Source: Lama guanicoe (taxonomy: Eukaryota). From it: a stretch of DNA of 64,000 nucleotides. The stretch lies in NCBI GenBank assembly GCA_013239625.1, contig MU054117.1, positions 312,001 to 376,000 of the forward strand, in the 5' to 3' direction. A program made the translations under genes and the position numbers. The notes below the pieces were generated by a model. It did no database searches. It saw only the letters and a program-made list of their open reading frames with translations, and had not been told where the DNA came from. Positions 12,115 to 39,290 of the stretch are shown here, in pieces (positions within the stretch are counted from its first letter, which is position 1; each line of letters begins with the position of its first letter).

Positions 12115-12673
12115 TGAGACACCAGGGAAGGGGGCAGGGCACAACCATTAAAAGAATGACACAGCAAGTGAAGATTCGACTTCCAGCCAATCCTGAGTTT
12201 CATTGCAGGCTCACTGTATGAAGGAGCATGGGAAATGGCACTCCTGTCGGGGCCATGATAGTTTCCAGGCGACCGTAAAAGGTCAGTAGGCGGGCCCCAA
12301 TTCCTGGGAATCCCCGCCCACTCCCCCAAGTAGTGTAATAATCTTCCCACTTGTTAGCATATGAAGTTACTGAGCCCATAAAAGCTAAACACCCCCACAC
12401 TGTGGTGGATCTCACTAACTTCATGCTCTGAGGCCACCACCTCTCACTTCTTGAGGTGGCCCTCATTCTGCCTAGGGAGTGTGTATCTCCTAGGCCTGCC
12501 TCTCTCACCTGAGCCGGCCTGCAGTCTCTATGGAGGGTGCATCTCTCTGAATAAGTGTTTTATTCAGCTCTGGCTCTCCCTTGAATTCTTTCTTTTCCCT
12601 CACTTAACTGGACACATCCCAGGGCCTCGCCCAAGACCTGGCACACACCTGTCCTCTCGCCCCATTTCCCGTA
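12115..12673 (+). mobile_element. Solo ERV1 LTR, MER41-like, inserted into an L2 remnant
   Basis: Starts TG. Internal blocks (cactcc..ccatgatagttt; ccccaattcctgggaat..cccac; aataatcttcccacttgttagcatat; cccataaaa; tctctatggag) parallel the recalled MER41 consensus. Imperfect 4-bp TSD ctgc/ttgc. L2-like sequence is split on both sides (tttattgaatgcctgc | taccataccaggc). Confidence 0.7.
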
Positions 12674-15099
12674 TTGCTACCATACCAGGCAGTGTGTTGG
12701 ATGTTGGCAAAAATGATGTGGTCCCTGCTGTGACGTTGACACTTTTATTGGGAAACCAGATCAAAAAGATGAAAAAAGAATAGATGAAAATTGTGGCAAG
12801 AAGTAAGCAAACAAGGTACAGGAATAGAAAACTGAAGTGGAAGGTGTTGATGGAAAGCTCTCTTCCAGGACGAAGTGGTGTAAGTTGCGACCCAAAGAAT
12901 AAAAAACAAGCTAAGGGGCAAGTGGAGGAAAAGAACCTCTGCAAAAAGCTTGAAAGGAAATCAGTAAACCTTTGAGCCGGTGAGAAAGGGCAGAGGAGCA
13001 ATGGGGCGGGGCGGGGCGATTCCCCTGGGACCCCGCGGAAGGTGTTCAGAGCCCTGGGAGCACCTAGTGGGTGGGCTACAAATTGGGGAGTGACTAGATG
13101 CCGCCTAGGTTTTAAATCGCTTTCTGCTGTGTATGAAATTGGTTGGAAAGGGGTAAAAAGTGCAGACAACTAAGTTGGGCTTTCACGACTTTCTGCTACC
13201 ATTTGTTTTTCTTTTTGAAGTTAATTCAAAGACAGATGATTTGCATTTACCTCTGGTCTCTCTGTGTCCTCTCCAGCAAACAGACTGAAGTCTTATCTGT
13301 TCTGCTGACTCAGTTTCTAAGTAAACCACAGACAAGCCTTAGCTTGGGAGCAGGTACACAAAACATCTCCCTGTGACTAACCTGGCAGGAATTTAGGTCA
13401 GCAATTCTGGTGAAGCCATAAGAAAATAGGCTTATCTGGGAGTGGCATTTTTGGGATCTATCTGAAAAGTTTTAATAAAACTTCTTTACAAGACCTAAGC
13501 TAGTATAGGAGGAAACTGGATTTGGAAAACTCTAACTAGTTAATCTTTGCATGTACTCATAATAACTTTTTCACTCCAGCTTCACTCTGTGAAGTTTACC
13601 ACTTTCCTACCAGGTAGCACCTGTCCTGTTCCTTGGTGAGTCAGCAAAATACTGCAGAAACTAGCTGTAAAGAGCATTCACCTGGGGGACAGGAAACCTG
13701 CACAAAAGGGATGTTAACTGTACCTGTAAGACTATGTCTCTTATTTAAAAAATGAGGGCAAGTGTGAGGAATGTTAATTGTCAACTCTGGGTGGTAGTAC
13801 CTGATACATGAACATTTGAATTATTCTTTGTACTTTTCTGTACTTTCCAGTGTCTGAAAATAGTAACAAATAAATAGTAAAAATCAGCACACTGTTTCCA
13901 AAAAAACAAAAGCAGGTTGATCTGGATAGTGCAACATCTGTTCCAGACACTGATTTCATAAATGATGAGACTTACTAGATTGCTGCTCCCACTCCCCAGG
14001 CCCAGTTATTTGCAGAACATTGTAAAAATACAAGGGAGGAGGGACGGTGATCCACCTCTTCCTGACCCAGGGATGCTAGAGGGACACGTATTACTGGAGA
14101 TTTGTCTCCTGGGATGGTAACGAGTGACGTCATTAAAGCGAAAACTAACAAGATGAGAGAAACAAGCCTAGCATCTGGTTGAGCCCAGGTGATTAGAATC
14201 CGGATCAAATTGAGGTCAACTGCATGGATTGCGTTGTCCTGTTAAGTTTTACTGTCCTCTGGCTAAATCCTTCCCTTACACATTTCCGGTTTCCTCAAAT
14301 ATGTGTACCAATTTATCATACACTAAAGAACACTGTCCACTATCACAGTTGGACAACAGTTTGGCAACATATATTAAGAGCCTTAAAAATGTTTGTACCA
14401 TTCCTATTAAAAAGGGCAGACTGACATGTGCTTTTTGATGCGGTGCACTGAGGACACACTATCTCATGTGCAGTACTCCTTCCGGGATGCACAGCCTGAC
14501 TGTAATTCTGAGGAAACTATAAGACAAAACCAAATAGAGGGACTTTCTATAAATGGACAGTTCAAATGTCTAGTATTCTTCAGAAATCTCACTGCCAGGA
14601 AAGACAAAGTCTGACGAACTATTCCATATTAAACGGGACTAAAAAGACAAGATAATTAATACAACAGGTGACCTTGACGATCCCAAAGGAGAAAAAAAAT
14701 ATTACAAGGGATATTAGTAGAACATATGGCAAAATTTGAACATGGACTTGTTAAATTCCCTGAATTAGATTGATGTACACGCTTGGTCTTATGAAACACA
14801 CGCTAAACTATTTAGAGTCATGAATCATATATATACGTATATGATAAAAGTGATAAAAGCAAATATAGCAAAATGTTAACAGTTGGTGAACCTAGGTGAA
14901 GGAAGTTCATTGCACTATTCTTACAACTTATATTAAAAATTTCTTCAAAATAAAAAGGTAGTAATAAAAATATGTCTAACCTTTGGCCCATAATTCTACT
15001 ACTAGGAATCTATTCTAAAAATACGTTTTTAAAGGTTTTTGCCTTTATAAAGTGGGGACGCGAAGCAAACAAGTCGGGGAGTTTCTGCCCTAATTTTCT

Positions 15100-15200
15100 T
15101 TATTTTTTATTTTTTGGGGGGAAGGTAGCTTACTTTATTTTTGTGGAGGCACCGAGGGTTGAACCCAGGTGTTCTACCACTGAAGCTACACCCTACCCAC
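15100..15200 (-). mobile_element. Internally deleted Vic-1-like SINE
   Basis: ggaggcaccgagggttgaacccagg...ccactgaagctacaccct; flanks gccctaattttct / gccctagttttct. Confidence 0.75.
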
Positions 15201-16187
15201 CGCTGCCCTAGTTTTCTGAATAAGTTCCTCTAAATGGATCCTAGGAATGATGTTGAAAAATGCACAGGCTCCTTCAGAACAATTCCGAGTAAATTACGTA
15301 GGTAGTCTACCCTAAAGAAGGTGGAGCACAAGTGCTCACTCTCGGGTGTGGGCTGCCCACAGCACGCCTTTCCAGAGTGAAGTACGCACGGGTGGGGGAG
15401 TAGCTTCACCTGAGTACTGCTCCAACAGGAGAGCAAGGTCAGCATGGGCAGGGGGACGCCCTGGGCCTAGCGTGAACCCTCGTCGTCGTGGTCTCCTGCA
15501 AAAGGCACTTGCCCTCTGAGCTCTTCCTCCCGCAAGCCCACCACCCCAGCCAACCAGGCGAAGATCCCCAGGGGTCCCTCAAACTGCCAAGGTCACCGAA
15601 AAGGAAAGGCTGAGAAACTGTCACTAGGGAGACACAACTAGCGCGCGGGCGTGGGAGATGGGGTCCTGAACAGAGAGGGACAGGGGGCTGCGGACACCGG
15701 GGACGCTGGCGGGGATGTGGTCACCCGTCCGCGGGCCGCAGTGAGACAGGGCAGAAGAAGGTCCACTCTTCTCTAAGCCTAAACTGCTCCCAAAATAAAA
15801 CTTCACAAGTAAAGTGCACTTGCTTCCATGACTGTCAGGAGGGTCAAACAATAGGTCTGGCTGGCGCAGCATGAAACTCTTCAAAGAACGCAAGGGCCGC
15901 AAGGCTAACCGAACTTCCTTCCCGCAAGAGAGCCGGCTGCTTCAAGAAACGGCCGCGAGAGGTCACGAGAAGTCTCAGGCCGGGGACAGTGGGCAGGGAG
16001 GGGCGGGACTTCCGGGCCGCTCTCTCCCCATTGGCCGAGCCGAGCGGCGTCCCCGGCAGGAACCGGAAGCTGCGCTCACAAAACGGAGGAGGTCGGAAGC
16101 TGCGCGGGGTGGCTGCTCATCTTCGCCCGCCGCTCGCGTCACGTCTGATCTCCTTCTGGCCGCGCGCCGCCTCGCGTCGCTTGCACC

Positions 16188-32452
<16,265 letters not shown>

Positions 32453-32881
32453 GCCCGCCGAGGTGGCGTTCGTCCACTGCCCGCTCTGCCGTGCGAGGCT
32501 TCCTCTCTGCTCCTGTACTGTCCTGTCCACCGATGCCCCCTGTGGCCGATGCCCGGCTCGTGTCACGTGGGCGAGCTTCACTTCTGTACCCGGAGCCCTT
32601 CCTCTAGCACATCTGAAAGTAATGACCCCCCCTCCCCCGCTGGTCCCGCAGCATGAGGGCGGGGGCTCAGCTGTGGCGCCAGTTCACCCCCGAGTCCTCC
32701 GCTCACTCTGCTGCGGCGTCCAGCCTCAAGGGCGGCGGTGCGGGGGCCCTGGCGCTACATCTCTGCTCCTCGTGCTTCACGTGCATGTGGGGCCGCGCCC
32801 CTCCCAGCGCAGCAGCTTCTCTGTCACCTGTTCATCTGTAGATGTGAGTTAAAGTCAAGCCATGGATATGCTTCATTATTT

Positions 32882-32887
32882 ATTAAA
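32882..32887 (+). terminator. Candidate ATP6V1E1 polyadenylation signal (ATTAAA)
   Basis: ATTAAA ~430 nt after the stop, with U-rich sequence upstream and GU-rich sequence downstream. Confidence 0.7.
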
Positions 32888-33577
32888 CAAAATGTACGTG
32901 GGTGTCCTTGTGATTTATCACGCGAGGCACTAACCATTGTGGTTTGAGAGGTGAAGTTCTCGCTGAGGTGTCTAGAAGAGAAGCCTCCCTCTCCCAGCCT
33001 CTCCTCATTTCACCAGACCCTTACCCAGAAGGGTCTGACAGCCTAGTTAAGGAGACAGTTTACTAGTTTTTGCAGTCAGAAAAGAAACTACTGTTTTTGG
33101 GTGAAAAGAGGTGCTGTGTGCTGGGCCAGACCCTTTCACAGAGGTCCCTTGGCTCCTCCCACTCATTTATTTTTCTCTCCGATGACTCAGAGCTCCCCAA
33201 AGGCATCCAGTGAGCAGACGGCAGGGTTGGGGTCTCACGTGCAAGGTCTTGGTGCACAACATTGTTTCTCTGGGCGGGGTGGGGGGAACTATCACAGGAT
33301 GCAGTCATGAAGAGACAGAATCAAGACTTGAAACTGAACGTGTCTCGAAAGTACAGCCTCCCTGTGTCTGCTCTCCACCCTGGTGAGTAACGCAGAGGAG
33401 GGAGTGCTGTTTCAGTGCAGTTCAGTTCTGAAACAGAGAGGTGGGTAGCCTCTCCTGCTAATCCCAGGATGAGGCTGCAGCGGGTGCTCCGGGCCTGGTC
33501 TGCAGGAGCGGCCCTGAAGGCGGGGGTGGACAACAGCATGGAGGGAGCTGTGGTCCACACGGGCACGCGGGTCTCAC

Positions 33578-36500
33578 TAGGCACGGTGGCTGTCCTCACC
33601 CAGGCCTTTCTTGAGGGTTTGGATTCGAGTTTCCAAAACTAAATTGAACACCTTGCTTTTCGCGTCCTTCTGAGGCCTGAGGCCGGCTCTGCACGGGGGG
33701 ACTTGTAATGGGAGGCCTTTTCCTCTCTGGCCCCTTTATACCGTGGCGGCTCCTCAGGTGACAGGCGCTGGCCGGGTCCCAGCTGCGTGTGGCCAGAGGA
33801 GGTGCTGCCCGAGACAGGCTGTCTGCTCAGGTCGAGTAGCTCGCGCCTCCTGCTGCAGAGTCAAAGATGGCAGCAGTTGCTTACAGCTGAGCCCAGACCC
33901 TGCTGGGGGACAGGAGGCACCAAGAAGCCAGAGCGCTTGTAGGGGTAACAGGCGCCCTTGGCTGAGTTTGTGCAGGGGCCGCAGTTGTGACCCTACCTGG
34001 TCTTCAGGTCCAAAGTGCAGAATCACTGTTCACCCTGAGGACAGCTGCACACACACCTCACTTGTAAGGCAAGCCCACCCCAGATCCCCCCCGTCTCCAG
34101 CACACTTACGTCAGGGTGTCACTGTGACAGCTGCTGTGGGGCTCGTGGTACAGCCGGGCGCAAAGGCATGAGCCGGGGACAGCCTTCCAGGTGGCTCAGG
34201 CTGGGGAGCAGTGGGAAGTCACAATGGGAAAGGAGTGTGTGCGGGAGGGCAGCTCCCCTGTGGGTCGAGGCAGGAGGGAGAAGGACTTGTCTGCCCTCCT
34301 CTGCCCAGCACTCTGCCTGCAGCACCCCGGGGAGCTGAACACAGACTCAGACCAGGAAATGCTATGTCCCAGTGGATGGGCAGGCTGCCCCACTTACGGG
34401 AGAAAACCAGCCCCTGGCCTGGGCGCTTCTGACCAACCAAGGGTTTTGGCCAAGTAGCAAAGAAAGCTGAGGGTCTGCCAGCTCTTTACTTAAAAATGGT
34501 CCTTGGGCCTTTGTCAGTGGGCTTCGTAGGTGCATCTGGGCCACAGGACACCCAGTGCGCACGTGGGTGAGCACCACCCCCCTGGGCCCTGATGGTTCCC
34601 TCTCCCTGTCCACTGGGCCTCTGCCTCTGAGCTGGGCAGGAGACCTGAGGAGCGTGGCTCCCAGACCCTCGTGTAGCCCTGCCAGGCCCTCCTCACAGCA
34701 CTTGCAGGAGGGAGCAGAGCCGGTACTGTAGGACCTGGAGGCCAGGGCTGGGGAGATGGCAGGCAGACCCCCAGATCCTCGGGGGGAAGCTCGGGCCGGG
34801 CTGGCACCTCTCCCAGAAATTGCGAGGATCATCCGAGGAAGTTGTCCTGTTGTGCAGGGTGCTTCCCAGGGACAGCTCTGCCTGCCGCTCAGTCTCTGCA
34901 GGGAGCTCCGGGTACCCCCACCCCAATTCCCTGTCCTGTTAAAGCTGTGTTTCCACCTGTCTCCCAGTCCTCAGCCACCTCTAAACCTGCCTGCACTTTG
35001 GGACATGGGACTCCCATATCCCATATACCTTCTGCCTAATTTATAAACCAGGCAAATTTATAAACCAGGCTAATTTACAACTTGTTTTTCAAAAACTCTT
35101 CTGACTTAAGTGGGGGCCTCCTTTCTCTTGGATTCTAAGATTAGGGGAACACGTCCCATTTTATAGACTTCCATTCTTTCAGTGTCAGTCTTTTTTAGTG
35201 GAGTAACTCAGAGCCCGTGGTTTGGTGAGTTAAACATCTAAGAAGCAGAACGGAATTTCTTCCTGAGGACTGAGCACAAGCGTCTCGAATGCTGCCGGCC
35301 CCTTGGTGACTGCGGCCTCACTGCACTGGAGTTGTGTGCCTGGTTTCTTCGTTCTCGACGTTTGAGGTGCTTTGCCTAGGTCATGGGTCCTAAAAGGAAG
35401 CTGTTTCCTGCCCCAGTTTTGTCTGGTGTCCAGCAGAGCAGCATTTCATACTGAGAAGCTGGTTACTACTTCTTTTCCCATCTTTAGAAATTGAGGTGCC
35501 GGTCTCAAACGATCAGCCTCAAGGATGTAGTCAGTCACCAGACGTTACCTTCACATGGTCAGCTCTGTGTGGCCGTGATTTACTCGTTCATCCGTGGCCT
35601 TTTATTCTTTCTGAGTGTTTAGGAAAACTGAGGCTTCTGTCCAGGAGCAGACACAACATTACAGGACTTCATTCTGTCTGCAGTTTTGTCTGCTTCAGGC
35701 TGGTCTGACCCGGCGTGGAACTCCGGGGAATTCCAGAACCTCGTGTGTCTCAGCTGGTTTGCGGGGAGACACACACTTACTGGGGACCCTGCCAGGTCCT
35801 GTGTCAAGCCCATCTCGCCGGCCTGTGCCTCTCCCTGGGGAGACACCCCCTGTGCCCCCACCAGGCGGGCCTCCTTCCACGGGATAGACCACTGTGTCTT
35901 TGAGAGGACCCGGATTTAGAAAAGGGCCAAACTTTTCTCCCTTTGAGGGCCTTCCCACAAAAGGCCGGCTTTGGTAGCAAAATGTAACTCCTGTCAACGG
36001 ATATGATCTTGAGCAGGTGTTGGCATTTCTCAAAATCATGAGAAAACCAAGACTAAATGCCAAGGGAGGGGTACAGGTACTGGGGACCCTCTGTCCCTCC
36101 TAAATGAGACTCCTGCTACTTGCTAAAATCCGGAATGGGAACCTGGAAGTCTCTACTGACCTGGGAGGCTGGGGCACAGGCTAGCAAATGGGTGTGAACA
36201 CTGGGAAACGTATCCTGACCCCACGTGCAGGGGGGATCGGCCTCACCCAGGGACCCAGCATCCTGCAGCTGAATCGAGCATTTCCATGGGACAGGTGACC
36301 CCACCTGGCACATCCCAGCTCCACATCCCACCCGTGTCTCCAGCTTCAGCTTCCGTGTCCTGTGGGCAAGGGTGGCTCCTTCAGTCACACGCCCACCCTG
36401 CTGCCCCCGCCCTGGCCTGGCTACCCGCCCTTGGGAGTTGGGGCATTGGCTGCCACCCACCCAGCTGGATGGGTGATCCCTTGGCCCTTAGGCACAGTCT

Positions 36501-39290
36501 CCTTGAAGATAGGAGACTAAATTTAGAACAAGCTGCCAGGGAGTTTGAGACCAGGATGATGAAATAACCCACTGCAGGGATTCAATCCTTCCTGATCCCT
36601 TGAGAAATGTCAGGAGGGCAGTGGGAAGCGGGGAGAGAACCAGAGAGGGTCCAGAGGTGATGGCTTTAAAATCATCAGCATAAGAACAGACACAGATCAA
36701 CAGAACAGAATCCAGAGCCCAGAAACCAACCAACCGCTGCATTTGCAGTCAAGGGAGTCAGGATACTTAATGGAGAAATGACAGTCCCTTCAATAAACAG
36801 TGCTGGGAAAACCACACATTCACGTGTAAAAGAATGAAACAACCCCTATCTTGCACCATGCACGAAACTAACTCAAAATGGATTAAAGACTTAAATGCAA
36901 GACCTGAAATCATAAAACTTCTAGAAGAAAACGGAGAAAATTTCCTTAATATTGGTCACCGAAAGCACAGGCAACAGAAGCACAAAGAAACACGTGGGGG
37001 CGTCATCCCACATAAACCTCGACAAAATGAAAAGGCAGCTATGTGGCGGGGGGGACATAATTGCACCTGTCTGATGAGGAGCAAGTATCCAAAATATGCA
37101 AAGAACTCAGGCAACTCAATAGCAAAAAATCCCCCAAATAATCCAATTTAAAAGTGGGCAAAGGACCTGAGTGACATTTTTCAGATTAGATATTCAAATG
37201 ACCAACAGACACACAAACAGATGCTCAAAATAATCACTGGGGAAATCAAATGAAAACCATAGTGAGGTACCACCTCACACCTGCCAGAAAAAAGACAACA
37301 AATAAGTGTTGGTGAGGACATGGAGAAAAGGGGACCCTTGTGCACAGTTCTAGGGAATGTAAACTGGGTGTTTTTCCAAAGAAAACAAAAATGGTAATTC
37401 AAAAAGATTTTCACACACCTGTGTTCATCGCAGCATTATTTATAATAGCCGGTATAGCGAAGCAACCGATGTGTCTGTGGATGGATGAAGGGATAAAGGA
37501 GATGTGGTACATACAAGGGAACATTACTCAGCCATAAAAAAGAAGGAAATGCTGTCATTTGCAGCCACTTGGATGGGCCTTATACTAAGTGAGATAATTC
37601 AGAGACAAATGCTGTGTCATTTCACTTACATGTGGAATCTTAAAACCCAAACTCAGAAAAAGAGACCGATTTGTGGTTCCCAGAGGCAGGAGGCAGGAAG
37701 TGAGTGAATTGGGTGCAGGGGGTCAAAGGGTACAAACTTATAAAGCTAAAAGGTATGTAAGTCCCAGCGATGTGATGTACAGCATGGTGACAACAGTGAA
37801 TCATACTCCACTGAAAAAAAAATGCTGAATATTTGAAAGTTGCGAGAGTAGCTTCTAAAAGTTCTCATCACAAGGAAAGCACTGTTTAACCATATGAGAT
37901 GATGGATGTCAGCCAGACTTACTGTGGTTGCTGCAGCGTATGGATCCCGGGCGTCAGGCTGTCCACCTTAAGCTTACAGAGCACCGTGTGTCCGCTAGGG
38001 CTCAATGACACTGAAAGGAAAAGTCATCAGTGGTTGATGACTGTGTGTCTGCGTCTTCTCTACCACCTGTCTGTCTAGAACTTCCAAATTACAGCAGCTC
38101 ACTTTCTCCCTTCACTTCCATCTGCCAAACACACACTAGCCCTCGGCCATTTGTGTCCACGTCCACACATGTCAGACGGGTGGGCAGAGGCCCGCTTGCC
38201 ATCCCATCCCTGCCGCCTTCCAGAACAGACATGGCGCACCTGCCATCCAGGCATTGGCTGCTGGCTTGATGTCTTCTCCAGGGTGGGGAAGGTCAGGTTC
38301 ACCGCCGCCCCCGCAAGTAAACGGCCAGTGTGTTTCTGGGATAAGGGGCCCCTGGGGGGGTGTCAAGGAGGCCTCCTCTGCCTGTTGTGTTGAAAAGTCC
38401 TTTCCCCTCCCGCCGACTGTGCCTGGCTTCCTTTACAGGCTCCCTCCTTTAGCTGCTGCAGGTGGTTCTGTCTCACTCCTGCCGCCCACCTCTGTCCACA
38501 AATGAGCAGTTCTCCAGATTAAGCCCAAGAGTAATGAGGGACAGGGATTGGTGTCCACAGGGCGAGCCCAGTCCTGCTGGCAGCTCTGAGGGTCACACAG
38601 GTGATGACTTTGCAGGGGCAACAGCATCTCTGTTCTCTCCCAACTACTCTGGCTTTGTGTCCACTTTTCAAGGCATAATAATCATGGTCGTGCTGATTGG
38701 TGGGGCCACTTAAGGGGGCAGGGACAGCACTGCCCCTCTTTGCCCCCGTTGGAGCAGGACACTTGCAGCCCTTAAGGTCGGGGGTGGGATGGGGGCTCAC
38801 TTGCTTCCCGCACCCACTGTGAGGCCGCAGACGTCCTGGGATGGGGCCCAGGGCTGCTCTGGGTCTCGATGGTGCCTCCAGTCCTCACCTAAGGGACCAG
38901 AGGACAGGGGCTCGCGAAACAGAAACGGAGTCCAGGTGCCCCAGGCCAGGCCCTGGGCGCCCCGCACGGAGGAAAGCGAATTTCCGCGACCCCGCGAGTT
39001 GCTGGTTTTGCGCCAAAACCCGTCCTCGTGCCCTCCCAGCTCCGTCCAGGCCCACGGAGCCCTCTGCCGCGCCCTGGGCTGAGGGGACACACCGAGGCAC
39101 CAGACGGGAGCTGCCCACCCCCCCCCCACGACTGCAGACTGCCCCCCAGCATCAGAGCCGGGGTTGGGGGCACCCACCCTGTCTGCTTCCCCAGGAGACA
39201 GCCAGACACTCCGTGCTCAGACACGGATCAATTCCTCCTTAGATTCTTACCAGCCCCGGCCACGCCCCGTGGATGAGCTTCGCTGTGACT
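33578..39290 (-). pseudogene. SLC25A18: Decayed, non-processed pseudogene of mitochondrial glutamate carrier 2 (GC2)
   Basis: Six exon remnants in correct order and syntenic position: ~39250-39290 (VTAKLIHG..GL); 38240-38310 (GAAVNLTFPTLEK/IKPAAN); 36247-36359 (RKLKLETRVGCGAGMCQV/TCPMEML/IQLQDAGSL); ~34645-34760 (ASRSYSTGSA..EGLAGLHEGLGATLL); ~34110-34238 (FPLLPSLSHL..AHAFAPGCTTSPTAAVTVTP); 33578-33638 (LETRIQTLKKGLGED). They carry frameshifts, deletions and broken splice sites. Confidence 0.92.
36660..38000 (+). mobile_element. L1 fragment (ORF2 C-terminus plus 3'UTR) inside the SLC25A18 pseudogene
   Basis: ORF-track remnants NSKWIKDLNARPEIIKLLEEN, HTPVFIAALFIIA and YSAIKKKEMLSFAATWMGL are L1 ORF2p C-terminal motifs, frameshifted. 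Confidence 0.9.

Noticed and set aside
15400..16000. Alternative upstream BCL2L13 first exon sharing the ATP6V1E1 promoter
   Set aside because: Plausible for a CpG-island promoter, but I could not identify a convincing minus-strand donor site.
33440..33530. Possible remnant of the last SLC25A18 exon
   Set aside because: Only scattered short matches (gccttca, gggatt); not distinguishable from chance without an alignment.
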